49,999 bases of DNA from the NCBI RefSeq assembly GCF_006345805.1, contig NW_021834584.1, forward strand, positions 1 to 49,999, in the 5' to 3' direction. Both the position numbers and the translations under genes were made by a program. Shown here in pieces: positions 25,939-39,441 of this stretch. Source of the stretch: Octopus sinensis (Eukaryota). The stretch's first letter is position 1; each line of letters opens with the position of its first letter. The notes below the pieces were generated by a model. It saw only the letters and a program-made list of their open reading frames with translations. It was not told the DNA's origin and searched no databases.

Positions 25939-26019
25939 AAACTCCCGATAAAGTAAAGTGTAAGAAAAAGCGAAGGAGAGTAGAGGGCGATGAGGTGGAT
26001 AGTAAAATAGAAACAGACA

Positions 26020-26022
26020 GGC

Positions 26023-26059
<37 letters not shown>

Positions 26060-26106
26060 GACAGACATACAGAGACAGACAAAGAGATAGAGAGTAAGAG
26101 AGAGAA

Positions 26107-26137
<31 letters not shown>

Positions 26138-26236
26138 AAGAAAAAAGAAGAAAAGGAAGGAAGAAAGAAAGAAAGAAAGAAAGAGAGTGGGAGGAGGGAG
26201 AAAGATAGAAACATAAAGAGAAAGAGAGTGGGAGGG

Positions 26237-26327
<91 letters not shown>

Positions 26328-26394
26328 GAAGCAGACAGACAGATAGAAAGAGATAGATAGATAGATAAATAGAAAGAGATAGATAGATAGATAA

Positions 26395-26431
<37 letters not shown>

Positions 26432-26444
26432 AAGATAGATAGAT

Positions 26445-26503
<59 letters not shown>

Positions 26504-26505
26504 GA
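26020..26505. repeat. (GA)n/(GAAA)n/(GATA)n compound microsatellite
   Basis: Seen directly. Confidence 0.95.
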
Positions 26506-26774
26506 TGGGGGTAGTGGAGAGAGAGGTGGGAAAATCGATGAGCCTGGAAGAATCGGTCGTGTGCTAAGAGTTGCTAAGACCAAACAGAAATCTCATGAAT
26601 AGGTAATCTGCATTCTAGTGGAAATCTCGGGCAGACGACCTTCATCCTATGCCTAGTCACGAATTTCACAATCCTGAACCGAGACGATAAATGAACGAAA
26701 TGACTTTTATAACCGCCATACCACACCGACAACCTAAACACCCCACCACTCCTTTCCCAAAAATATCGCCTCTA

Positions 26775-26825
26775 TTATTATTATTATTATTAACATTACT
26801 ATTATTATCATCGTTGTCGCTGTTG

Positions 26826-26863
<38 letters not shown>

Positions 26864-26921
26864 TATTCTATTATTGTTATTATTATTATTAATATTATTG
26901 TTATTATTATTATTAATATTA

Positions 26922-26952
<31 letters not shown>

Positions 26953-26989
26953 TATTATTTATTATTATTATTATTATCATTATTTATTC

Positions 26990-27035
<46 letters not shown>

Positions 27036-27107
27036 ATTATTATAATTATTATTATAATTATTATTATTTATTATTATTATTGTTGTTGTTGTTCTTGTTC
27101 TTGTTGC

Positions 27108-27139
<32 letters not shown>

Positions 27140-27191
27140 GCATCATCATCATCATCATCATCATCATTAGTGTTGTTGTCGTTGTTGTTGC

Positions 27192-27223
<32 letters not shown>

Positions 27224-27500
27224 TATTATTACCATTATTATTATTATCATTATCATTATTATTATCATTATTATTAATTTTTATTATGCTTATTACTGTT
27301 GTTGTTGTTGTAGTTGTTGCTTTTGCTCTTGTTATTGCTATCATCATCATCATTATCATCATTATTATTAACAGTAATAATATTTTTAATATCATCACCG
27401 ACATCAACAGCTCCATCACCGTCGTCGTCATCATCATCATCATCATAATCAATATTATCATCAACAACAATATTGTTATCATTAACATTATTGTTATTCA
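26775..27500. repeat. (ATT)n/(ATC)n/(GTT)n compound microsatellite
   Basis: Seen directly. Confidence 0.95.
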
Positions 27501-27529
27501 TAGTGGTGGTGGTGGTGGTGAAGAAGTTG

Positions 27530-27612
27530 CTGTTACACCGGGCAAAATGCCTAGCGTCATTTCGTCCGTCTGCAACGTTCTGAGTTCAAATCCCGCCGAG
27601 GTCGATTTTGCC
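27530..27612 (+). mobile_element. SINE family 2 fragment
   Basis: CCGGGCAAAATGCCTAGC...GAGTTCAAATCCCGCCGAGGTCGA. Confidence 0.7.
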
Positions 27613-27626
27613 TATATATATATATA

Positions 27627-28698
27627 GAGCACCATAGCATCATAATTTTAAAACATCTATAAAACCGTCAAAAGCTTATTTTGTATTTTTTTTTATTTAT
27701 TATTAGTGTTGCTTAATATGTTTTGCTAAAATTGCTGTTTCTTTTCAGATATCATCAGAAAAAGGTAATTAAAATTCATTAAAATGACAGATCTATTGGA
27801 CTTTCAAAGAGGTCAAATTGTTGATGCTCGTATGGCAGGCGCTAGGGTAACGAAAACAGCCGAAATGTTTGGTGTATCAAGAAGTACTGTCTCGAGAGCC
27901 CAGTTTCTTCAGAAAACTGTTCGCCGGGAGCTGCACAAAACCGGATTTCACGGGAGGGCTGCAATCAGAAAACCACTACTTTCAAAAACAAACGTTGCAA
28001 AGCGTTTAGAGTGGAGTAAAAACCTTCAAAATTGGTCCTTAGAGCAGTGGGGAAATGTTATTTTCTCGGACGAGTCATCCTTTACCTTATTTCCGACCAC
28101 CGGCCGAGTATACATTTTGAGACAGCCAAAAGAAGCATTTGACCCAGGCTGTCTTCTTCCAACTGTTAAACATAGAGGAAGATCTGTAATGATCGGGGTG
28201 GGGTAGGGGCTTTATCTTGGAAATCTGCCAGCCCAATGGTTCCCCTTCACAGCAGAATTAATAGTCAAGACTATTTAAGCATTTTATCTAATCAAATTCA
28301 TCTTATGGTTGCGGAACTGTTTCCGGAGGGAAACGCAATCTTTCGATGACAATGCACCAATTCACACAGCTGAAGTTGTTACTGAATGGCACGAGGAACA
28401 TTCTAGTGAAGCTGAATATCTTATCTGGTCACCACAGTCCCCAGATCTCAACATTATTGAACATTTATGGTGCATTTTAGAAAAACAGCTAGGGAGTCGA
28501 TATCCTCCACAACAAGAGCTAGAGACTGGTTTAGCTGAAGAATGGACAAAAATTCCTTTGGAAACAAATCAAACTTTGAACGAGTTCATACCTCGTAGAA
28601 TTCAAGCTGTAATTACTGCCAAAGGCGGTCCTACCCCATATTAAAATGGATTTGTTTGAATGTTTAAGGTGTTTCCATTATTTTGAACAACCCCTGTA
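27627..28698 (+). mobile_element. degenerate Tc1-like transposon, DD36E spacing
   Basis: Transposase remnants at 27784-28206 (IFSDES) and 28309-28644 (DDNAPIH...SPDLNIIE), broken by frameshifts and with a deletion after the first HTH. The right end is AACAACCCCTG-TA; the left TIR is not seen. Confidence 0.9.
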
Positions 28699-28931
28699 TA
28701 TTTAGTCAATTCAAATAAACAAACAGTTAAAAAACAGAAAAAAACGAATGTGCACGAGAAATATATTAATTTGACGTTAGATGAAGGGACAGAGCTGTTG
28801 TTAACTTTTCGATGATAGCTCTTCGTCGGAAACAGGAAAGTCGAAAGACAAAGAAGGAAAAATAAGGACAAACCGCCAACAGTCCACATGCAGATACAAA
28901 CACCTGTTTTTATGTCCTGTTATTATTATTA

Positions 28932-28972
<41 letters not shown>

Positions 28973-29109
28973 TATTATTATTTATTTTGTATTTATATAC
29001 GTGTAACATCGTCGGTTTTTCCGTCCTTGTTTTCGAATACATTCGATGCTTTCTTCCAAGGAATCTAATGCTCTTAGCTTAGTTTTTCCTTGGGGCTGGC
29101 CGGATTGGA

Positions 29110-29170
29110 GCAATCTCAAGATTAATCAGCCGAAATTGCGAGGATGTTCCGGTTCTTGACTGAGGATAGA
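29110..29170 (+). ncRNA. permuted hammerhead motif from an unrelated repeat family
   Basis: GCAA-TC|TCAAGA-TTAATCAGCC-GAAA-TTGC...TCTTGA-CTGAGGA. Stem I is 6 bp and stem III 5 bp, both Watson-Crick; the triplet is AUC; stem II is disrupted. Confidence 0.65.
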
Positions 29171-29298
29171 AAACTTCGAATGACCCATCCTTGTTTTTTT
29201 GTATCGTCTATCTGGATGTTAATTGTCCCCTTTTGTATCACCTAGTTTGGATTTTTTGCGTTCTTGTCCCATTTTGTATGTTTTACATATATATATAT

Positions 29299-30472
29299 TG
29301 TTACGGAACGGAATCACCCGTCGTCGCCCGTCCCGAACGGCTCACACAAGTTCCGCCACGGAACCCAAAGAGGCGGAGAGAGGAGATACAGATAGATACT
29401 GCCACAACCTCAACAGCACAGAGATACAGAGGCACAACCCGAGATACAACCCAAAGAGGCAAGGCAACAACTGGCAACACTGGCTTATATTCAAACAACA
29501 GTTTATACGACAATCAATTGCTACACATCAACTACATTTAAGGCAAACAACAAATCAATACATCATACGGGTATACCACAGATCAATGCATTTAACAACA
29601 TCATGTAACAATATATCAGTCCGGAGACACAACAAGTCATATACAGTATTTCAAAGGTACACATCACAGATAACGTCACATCAACAAGTCCTTTACTCTT
29701 CTTCTTCACAATGTTCTTTATCGACTACATCGACAGAGTCCTTGACTGTTCTTTCCACTGTCCGATACATCGTGACACATATCAATGCACAATCACATAC
29801 CTCAATTCCCAATTGCATCGCCAGTGTCCCATTCTGCGCTCATCTCTGGATACTGCTAATCCTTCTGTACATATCCCCTCTGCATATATCCCAATCAGTG
29901 CCGCCAAGCTTTCGCATCCCAGCTCGCTCCTAAGAACTCCAAGATCCCTGCTGATCTGTCCAAGATCCGTCTGTGTTCTCTGACGACCGCTCAACGACTG
30001 CCCTTCTTGACGACCAGCTACCAACTACCCAGATCCGTCCTTCCTGACGACCAACTGCGAACTGCCAGACCTCACTTCGTCTCTGTCCTTCTTCCACTCC
30101 CTCATCTCCCTCTGTCTATATCGCTCCTACCCTTTCTAACTGCTCTCTGCTCTTACTCTATCGCTATCGCCTGCCAGACTCTTAGCCTTTCTATTTGCTA
30201 TCTGATTCCTTACTCTATCTATATCGCCTGCTGTCTCTTGGCCTCTCCATCCGTCCCCTACTGCTTATACCCTATCTCTATTTGCTCTCAGCCCTTAATC
30301 TGTCCTCATCTTTCACATTCTCCTGACCCTTTTCTCAGCCGCACGAGGTCACAGGTCATTCCAAAACCCATTAGTCCTCCATTAGACAAAAGACTGTCAC
30401 TTTTCTACTAGACATGCCGGAACCGTAATTCCAATGTGGGTCACCGGGAAATGCACCAGCTGAACCGTAACA
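29299..30472. mobile_element. solo LTR (Gypsy/BEL-like)
   Basis: Begins TGTTACGG and ends CCGTAACA (TG...CA, 8-bp inverted termini), with ATAT on both flanks. It is 1174 bp with no credible ORF. Confidence 0.75.
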
Positions 30473-30475
30473 ATA

Positions 30476-30507
<32 letters not shown>

Positions 30508-30598
30508 TGTTTTGGGATTTAGTTTGCAAGATTCTTTATGTGAGTTCATGTGTTGAAGCATATTCTGTTTTATGACTGGGGAGACTCATTCTCTTCTG

Positions 30599-30729
30599 GT
30601 GCCTTATTATTTAACACATTCACCGGTAAAATACCATTGAAAATATTTCAAGACGCATCGAACATTTTAGAAGAACAAATAAGTAAATGAGTGGAAATTT
30701 ACCGGTGAGTGTGTTACATTATAAGGCAC
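30599..30729. repeat. 32-bp imperfect inverted repeat of an interspersed family
   Basis: Arms at 30599-30630 and 30698-30729; a related arm lies near 8043-8075. Confidence 0.6.
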
Positions 30730-31185
30730 AAAAAGATAATGACGTACTTCTTGCCTCCTCACCTGTTTTAGTATAAAGTGTTTAAGGGGCTGTGCTAATG
30801 GTTTCTTCTGAAAAAAAAAACGTACACGATAACCTGTAAGAAAGTATGCATGAAACTTGCAGACACCACACAGAAGGTCTCAACGACGTACATTATACGT
30901 GCGTGCGCATGTGTGTGTATGTTTGTGTGTGTGCGCATGAGTGTATTGTGTGTTTATGTGCATCTGAGTAGATATAGATTAGATATACAAAGAGAAAAAC
31001 AGAGAAAGTGTTTGATGAGTGCCATGCACGTAATTATCGATGTTTTAATCATTTTGTAATTTCTACTAATCAATAATAACAACAACAACAAGTATATTAA
31101 TATATATACATTATATATATTATGTGTGTGCGTGTGTGTGTGTGTGTGTTTGATAGAGCGCTAGCCACTAAACCTTTTTCTATTT

Positions 31186-31223
31186 TCTCTGTGTTGAAGA
31201 GCGTAAGCTCGAAACATAAAAGA
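31186..31223 (+). ncRNA. decayed A6U-family hammerhead-like motif
   Basis: GTGTTGA-A-GAGC-GTAA-GCTC-GAAA-CA-TA-AAAGA. Confidence 0.4.
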
Positions 31224-31370
31224 CTTTCTCACTTTCCAAGCGTTAAACTAATACATATGTTTGTTGTTTACACACCGGACTCCGTTTTTTGTTTTTTCTT
31301 TTTGTAAATTCTCACTATATATATATATTTATACATATATACATATATATATATATATTTTTTATACATT

Positions 31371-31425
<55 letters not shown>

Positions 31426-32229
31426 ATGTATATATATATATACATATATTATACATATATACATATATATGAATGGATTGATAGATGGATGGATGGATAG
31501 TTATATAAGTTTGACAGATGGATAGATAGATAGATAGATAGATAGATACAGAGAGAGAGAGAAAGACAGAAAGAGATGTGGGGTAGAGATAGAGAGAAAG
31601 AGGGAGAAAAAGGTGTTGAAACTCAAGAATGTGGCGCCAAGCACGCTTCGTAATAATTTGAAATTTGATTCACGTGACTGTAGTGCATATTTTCTCACTC
31701 TTGTGACACTTTTGAGTATTACCATTCAGAACCACATTATTACAGCAACAACAACAACAACAACAACAACAACACACACACACAACACACACACAAAGAC
31801 ATTTCCTGCAAACACCCTTTTCAGTAAAACAACAGACCGTTTCTGTGGGTGATATTATACTCAGTTCTTCAAATTCTTCAAATGTTGTCGATTTGCGAGC
31901 ATTTAAACAAATCAATATTAGAGAATCGGATTGGGAAATTTTCAAAAACACATGAAGAGATCAATTTGAAAATCAAAATATTTTGTTCAGGAAGAATTAA
32001 CAAAACGTTTGATAAAATGAAAAATGCATAAAATTTTGGAAAGGAAATGTCATAACATTATTTGCCACGATATATTTCCACATTTATGGATCGTAAAATT
32101 TTTATTATGAAAATGGAACTAAATTCATGCAGTTCAAATATGAAATGTTAATGCAGTTTATTATTATTGTTGTTGTTGTTGTTATTATTATTATTGTTGC
32201 TATCATTATTATTATCTATTATTGTTATC

Positions 32230-32260
<31 letters not shown>

Positions 32261-32267
32261 CTATTAC

Positions 32268-32310
<43 letters not shown>

Positions 32311-32356
32311 GTTTTTATTGTTGTTATTATTATTATTATTATTATTGTTGTTTTAA

Positions 32357-32412
<56 letters not shown>

Positions 32413-32489
32413 GTTTTTATTGTTGTTATTATTATTATTATTATTATTGTTGTTGTTATTATTATAATAATATTATTATTATTATTATG

Positions 32490-32655
32490 GAGCCAGCAGA
32501 GTCGGTGGCACGCCGAGCAAAATGCTTAGCGGCATTTCGTCCTCCCTTACGCTCTGAGTTCAATTTCCACCAAGGTTGACTTTGCCTTCTCTACTTTTGG
32601 ATCGATAAAATAAATACCAGTAGGATACTGGTGGGTCAACGTAATCGACTTACTC
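32490..32655 (+). mobile_element. tRNA-derived SINE, family 2
   Basis: GCACGCCGAGCAAAATGCTTAGCGG...GAGTTCAATTTCCACCAAGGTTGACTTTGCC. Confidence 0.75.
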
Positions 32656-32661
32656 TCTGAA

Positions 32662-32737
<76 letters not shown>

Positions 32738-32744
32738 CTGTGAA

Positions 32745-33062
32745 GGCACGTGGCTTAGTGGTTAGTGCATTCGGCTCATGATCGTAAGGTTGTGAGTTCA
32801 ATTCCCGGTGACATGTTGTGTTCTTGAGCAAGACACTTTATTTCACGTTGCTCCAGTCCACTCACTTGGCAAAAATGAGTAGTACCCGTATTTCAAAGGG
32901 GCCAGCCTTGTCACATTCTGTGTTACTCTGAATCTCCCAAAGAACTTCGTTAAGGGTACACGTGTCCGTGGAGTACTCAGCCACTTGCACGTTAATTTCA
33001 TGAGTAGGCTGTTCCGTTGATCGTATCAGCTGGAACTCTCGTCGTCGCAACCGACGGAGTGC
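32745..33062 (+). mobile_element. tRNA-derived SINE, family 3
   Basis: A box TGGCTTAGTGG, B box AGTTCAATTCC and central TTGAGCAAGACACTT. It is homologous to the minus copy at 35505-35778. Confidence 0.85.
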
Positions 33063-33617
33063 TCCTAGTTGTAGTAAGATGGAAAAGGTCATGGAAATAA
33101 AAATATCAAAGCCCCAGCATTAATAACAATTTTTTTAAAGCTCAACTGAAAACGCGCACAATTTTTGAGGAAAAATTACAGTGAAGTATATTCTTAAGAC
33201 ACCAAATTTTAGACTAACAAACCTCGCATACAAAAGAACAATATGAATAAATAATTAAATGAAGGAGAATAAGGATGATAATAATAATAAGAAGAAGAAG
33301 AAAAAAAACCGATTGTAAGAAGGAAAGGAGAGACTAACAAAATGGCGGCGGTGTTGGTAGAGGAAAACAATGGAGAGCGGTATTGGAAAAGGGGAGATAA
33401 ACTTCATCAGATTACGCTGTTGTCGGGATCAAGTCATCCTGTTAATCATACTAAGTGCTCATCAAGGTATTTAAATGTTGTGGATTAGGTCCATTTTTAA
33501 TATTGATGCAACGAAGACCCAACAGCAGCGAGAGGTCAGGTCAGAAGTTTTGGAGGGCTAGGAAATTTATCGTGCTTTTCTTTATATTTATTATCATCAT
33601 CATCATCATCATCATCA

Positions 33618-33671
<54 letters not shown>

Positions 33672-34116
33672 TATTATTTTGTAGTAAGTAGGGTGGAGAA
33701 AGGAGTGGAGTGGGGTGTGTGGGTATAGCTGAGAGTTTGTTTTTCTTCTTTCGACCCAAAACTCTTGCATTTCTCATGGAACGAAAATAAACAACAAAAA
33801 GCAAAACAAGAACACCACCCACCCCCTCCCCCAAAATGAGGCAAATAATTAAATAACTAGTAGTAGTAGTAGTAGCAGTAGTAGTAGTAGTAGCAGTAGT
33901 AGTAGTAGTAGTAGTAGTAATTGAATAATTCAATGAAACACAATAAAAGCCAAGAAACAAAAAGCAAGCTGTTGTGACCATGCATACAAATGCAGAGATC
34001 TTGACGGCAGAGGCAAGAATTAGCGTTAGTACACACACACACACTCACAAACATGCGCGCGCATATACAAACACCTATGTATATATATTAACAGATATAT
34101 GTATTGTTATACATAC

Positions 34117-34160
<44 letters not shown>

Positions 34161-34454
34161 ATACATACATATATATACCTATATACAAATACATATATAT
34201 ATATATATACAGAGGTATTCACACACACACACACATATATATATATACATACATATACATGCAATATGTGTGTGTGCGTGTGTGTGCATGCGTGCGTGTA
34301 TATATGTGTGCGTACGTGTATGCATATACAATATATATATATATTTTGTGTATACGATATCGCAATAACACGTTTGTACTAACGGAGACAGAGAGTTACT
34401 GGGAAGCGGAATGGGCTCAAGAGAGAGGGAGGGAGACAGAGACAGAGACAGAGA

Positions 34455-34492
<38 letters not shown>

Positions 34493-34867
34493 GTGAAGTG
34501 AGTGCGTTAGAGAAAGTGAGAGAGGGGAGGGGGGATGGCAAAGTGGAAGGAGTTGGACGGAGGCAAGAACCGATGTATTGTAACATGTGTGCAATCTGTG
34601 TGGATGCACCGATTTGTTAAGACATACATTTGCCGAGTTTACACCAATGTGCATTGATTCCCTCTTTGTACATACATGCATACATACATACATACGTACA
34701 TACATACATACATACATACATATATACATACGTACTTATACGTATATATATGCCTTTACACGTGCTTGTGTATATCTATATATGCATATATGTATATATG
34801 TGTATGTATATGTGTATGTATATACATATACAATATATATATATGCTTTTGCACGTGCTTCTATATA

Positions 34868-34903
<36 letters not shown>

Positions 34904-35309
34904 TATATATATATATATGTATGTATGTATGTATATATTTTTTCAATTATATGTATGTGTATTATATAGCATGTGTGTGTATGTGCCCGTGTAGCTCTAT
35001 ATGTGTATGGGTGTGTATGCATGTGCGCATAACAGCTGTGGATTTGTAAGAGCCTTACAAGCTTTACCGGCGTCTACATATGTTCACACACGCACACACA
35101 CACACATACACACACACGCTCACACGCACGCGCATACATGCATACACCCGTACATCCCGTATATATATATGTCTACATTCATTCAATCACCAGAGGCGAG
35201 CAACGCCGATTGTTTTATACAATATAAAACTGATCCGTAGATAACAATCCTTTGTCGTTACCGTAAAACAAAAGTAGTAACCACATACTTAGATCCTAAC
35301 TATAATCTA

Positions 35310-35341
<32 letters not shown>

Positions 35342-35504
35342 GTCACTTGTTTCAGCGATTAGACTGGGGCCATGCTGGAGCACCGCCTTGAAGCATGTCT
35401 ATTTGAATGAATCGACTGCGTCAACTTCCGTTGGTCGCGGTTACTATTTCCTTTATTAAACAAGAATACTATTGACAGGGACCTCGAAGTTTCGGCCAGT
35501 TAAG

Positions 35505-35778
35505 CCATCGTCGCACAGACACGTGTACCCTTAAAGAAGGTCTCGGGGGGAGATTCAGCGTGACAGAATGGCCCTTTGAAATACAGGTACAACAGAAACA
35601 GGAAGAAAAATTGGGAGAAAGTTGTGGTGAAAGAGTACAGCAGGGTTCGCCACCACACCCTCGTAGAGCTTTTTAGGTGATTTCGCTCAATGAGCACTCA
35701 CAACGCCGGGTCTGGGAATCGAAACCGCGATCCTACGACCGCGACTCCGCTACCCAAACCACTGGGCCATTGCGCCTC
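35505..35778 (-). mobile_element. tRNA-derived SINE, family 3-related
   Basis: The minus-strand head is GGCGCAATGGCCCAGTGG...GTTTCGATTCCC; the body shares GGGTACACGTGTC. Confidence 0.8.
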
Positions 35779-35830
35779 CACCATACATACATATACTGTG
35801 AGGAGTTTTCAGGATATTTATAATGAAATA

Positions 35831-35878
35831 GTCTTACAGCTGTTTCTGATATATTATGGATATCCCTTCATCAGAGAC
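35831..35878 (-). ncRNA. minimal type I hammerhead motif, core intact
   Basis: Minus strand: GTCT-CTGATGA-AGG-GATAT...ATATC-A-GAAA-CAGCTG-TA-AGAC. Stem III is a perfect palindrome. Confidence 0.75.
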
Positions 35879-36085
35879 GGTATGCAATATATATATATAT
35901 ATATATATAACTTAGATATGTTTCGATCAAAGATTGGTCCAGGCCATGTCTAACTTAATAGCACTACATATATATAAATATATATTGACCGCTAGCCACT
36001 AAAGCATTTTATATTCTCTCTCTCTTTTAAACTAATACACCTGTTTGTTGTTTACACACTTGTCTTTAGTTTTTTTGCAAATTCC

Positions 36086-36120
<35 letters not shown>

Positions 36121-36199
36121 ATAAAGTACAATTCGTTTGAAGACTCAGATGTGTTTTGAACCGCCAGCTTCACAATCCAACTCTTCTATATATACGTTT

Positions 36200-36231
<32 letters not shown>

Positions 36232-37118
36232 CTGATAGGACGGGAACAGCGGGAAACGAGGTGATTTGCTCAGTAACACAACGCAAAATGGCCCTGGAAA
36301 CGAAACCTCGACCTTGCGTGCAACACAAACCCTCAGCACTCGGTCAGGAGACTAAATCTGGTTCGGAGGAACCGAGAAGCGTTATGGCCACTGCCTTTTC
36401 TCTTTGGCTAAAAGAAAACAAAAACACAACAACAATAACAACACAGAAATCAGCGATATCCCCGAAACGGTATAACAAACGTTAAGTCTTTACGAATCGG
36501 GCAGCAAAGGAGGAGAGAAAAATTATATTCAAACTGCAGCGAACGTTGTGGATTTTTGGCCCGAGGGTAACCCTTTACCAACAATAATTATAACGGGCTT
36601 CTCATTATAAATAAGGAAACCAATTCTTGCTTATTTCATTACGTTAACAGCTCTAGCTCCCCCATCCTTCGACATCTCCTACTTTCCTTATGCTCCTCCT
36701 CATCCCCCTCCTCCTCCTTCACTGATTTTCAAAACTCATTCATGCATTCAACTAGCCAACCCACTTTTGTCACTCACTCATTCTTCACTACTCACTCATT
36801 CATTCATTCATTCACAGTCATGGCGGAGACAGACTCTTCTCGCACTCAGCCACACTCAAACCACACTCGTTCCCAATCAACCTTTTCAATTAGTCAGCCG
36901 CCGTGCGTACACACACACACCACACGACGACAAATGCACACACACACACACACAAGTATGTATATTTTCACACACACACGCAGAAACGAACACACGCACA
37001 CACCACACACACACACAGATGACACACACCTTCCTCTAAATCCCATGTTGAAATTTTGCCATTCGTGTTTCAAAACACTACCTCTTTCTCACTCACTTCC
37101 CTCATTTAATTCTCACAA

Positions 37119-37194
<76 letters not shown>

Positions 37195-37300
37195 ATATAT
37201 ATAGATCTCTGTTTATCTATCTATTTATCAAGCTATTCTATCAATCAAGATCCCTGTCCACCCCTTCTCTCTCCTCTCTCTCTCTCTTATTATATATATA

Positions 37301-37339
<39 letters not shown>

Positions 37340-37499
37340 TGTCTGTCTATCTATCTATCTATTTAACTATTTATCCATCTATATGTTTGTCTATTTGTCT
37401 CCCTACATGTCTCTCTCTTTATACACACACACACACAGACAATATATATATATATATAAATTAATAAATAAATAAAACATATGCATATATACATACACA

Positions 37500-37860
37500 T
37501 ATGTACGTACCTACCTCTACATGTATATATGCATGCATATATGGGTACAGGACACCAAAAAAACGTCGAACACAATGAGAAACGAAAACATAAACACAAA
37601 ACCAAGGAAATGGACATTTTTTAAAACAACGAAAGAATAGAGTACAGGACATACAAAACAAGGAAAATTCCCCTTCTTCAGTCGCCGTAATTTCATCTAC
37701 TCCACGTTTCGAAGGTCAAGGCGATACATGACTTCAATGAAAATTTCTTTCCCGCGAAAATCAAATTAAATAAAATTTGAGATTTTTTTTCGGAGGGGTA
37801 AAAATGGTAACAAAAACAGGACAGTAACGACAGTACAAAATATAAACATTAAAAGACAGG
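37500..37860 (-). mobile_element. third copy of the permuted-hammerhead repeat
   Basis: Reverse-complement homology to 1030-1400 and 24100-24470. Confidence 0.6.
37670..37731 (-). ncRNA. permuted hammerhead motif, core intact
   Basis: Minus strand: TCATG-TA|TCGCC-TTGAC-CTTC-GAAA-CGTGG...GGCGA-CTGAAGA-A-GGGG. Stem I is 5 bp, stem III 6 bp, stem II 4 bp, triplet GUA. Confidence 0.75.
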
Positions 37861-39441
37861 ACACGGCGAAGAACAGTAACACAAATAAGAAGGGCTATTA
37901 AGCCAAACGAGATAAAATTTCTTTACGAAAACTATTTTTTGAGAACGGCAGAGAGCAGCAGATTTTATCTTCTCCGTTCCTTGGGTTTGGGATTTTAATT
38001 AGCATACCCAGCCACCACAGCAGCAACCTCAACTACTAACCACTGAGCTATAAAATAGCCCTTTTTTTTATATAATGCATATATCTAGAAATATACATGC
38101 ATGTGTGCACGCGTGCGCGTGCGCGTGTGTGTGTTTGTGTGTAACACAGTTTCCGTCTACCGATTTCATGCACAAGGCACTAGTCTGTCCGCTACTAGAG
38201 TCGGTGCTTTAACCGAAGAAAGCATTTGCCCCAATTGGCGCGCAGTAAGACTGAATCCACGATGCTCCGAAGCGAACTTCTTAAGGACACAGTGTCGTGC
38301 CAGTGCCTATACTATATAGGATATGTCGTACTTTCTAAATTCGGTAACAGAATCATGTTTAAAATATAAGATCGGTTAATATAGATGAGTCAGGGAAAAG
38401 AAAAGCAATCGATAGTCTATGAATAACCGGAAGCGGAAACCTTATTCGTCGAATAATTTTTATGTATCGGAAAATAAACAATACAAAAACTGGGACACGG
38501 ACAAATTTCGAAAGTAATATCATAATTTGTAATACAAGGATCGGTATAAAGTAAGGAGAGAGAAAAAATTAAAACGAACGCTTGTAGTCTTTAGAAAATA
38601 ATGTTAAATCGTAATTGGTCGAAGAAAGAAACGAAATAAATCTGAAAGAAGCGAAGTTACTGTAAAAATGTTGGTAAGGTATTCTGAGCTGATTAATATA
38701 CAAATGAGAAAGATGGATATTTCAGAGTAGATAATACTTGACGGTAGTTAGCGCTACTAAATCACAGACATTCCTGAAAAAGTACAAATGGGAAGCAGAG
38801 AGCTTTTTTCTTTTTTTCTTGGTGGGAGATAACTAGTACAGCAAATTAGAAACATAAATTAATCTAGTAAACAAATGTAACTGGAGATAAATGGATATAC
38901 TTGATTAGCTAAGTTTGCAAGTAACTAAATTATTTGTACGTAAGTATATACTCTTATAGACATATATGAACAGACATCTACACTCTTCACGCGTGTAGAT
39001 CTGATAATGCAGAGAGAGACACAAATCTGTTTCTACAGCAATATTGGCTGATAAACACTTATTTGAATAGACACGAACAAACGCTTGTTTAGGGCCGAGG
39101 AAACGGTTGTAAATCTATGAACATAAACTATTCTTACATTTACACACGAACAAAAGGATTGATAATTGTTATTCAGTAACCAAAATTAGAACAGTGATTT
39201 GACAAACATGGCAGAGTATCAACGAATTATCAAGCTCAGTCTCTCTATAGAAAACATACTTTGACATACACTGAATGGTGCTTCAGTTGTTCATTTTTCA
39301 CACTGTTGCAAAAATTAAATTTTGTTGCTTTATCAAAAAAAATATATATATATTGAGGATTTACAAAAAAAAAAAAAAGACGAAGACGGGTGTGTAAACA
39401 GCAAGCAGAAGTATTAGTTTGACGCTCGAGAAGTGAGAAAG

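Noticed and set aside
28800-28840. Minus-strand CCGACGAAGAGC...GAAA
   Set aside because: U4 is changed and stem II is broken; at most a decayed relic.
33339-33350. AAAATGGCGGC YY1-like motif (similar words near 3466 and 8747)
   Set aside because: Short isolated motifs that cannot be distinguished from chance.
36200-36900. Relatively GC-rich unique stretch that looks promoter- or UTR-like
   Set aside because: No TSS, splice or coding evidence links it to a gene.
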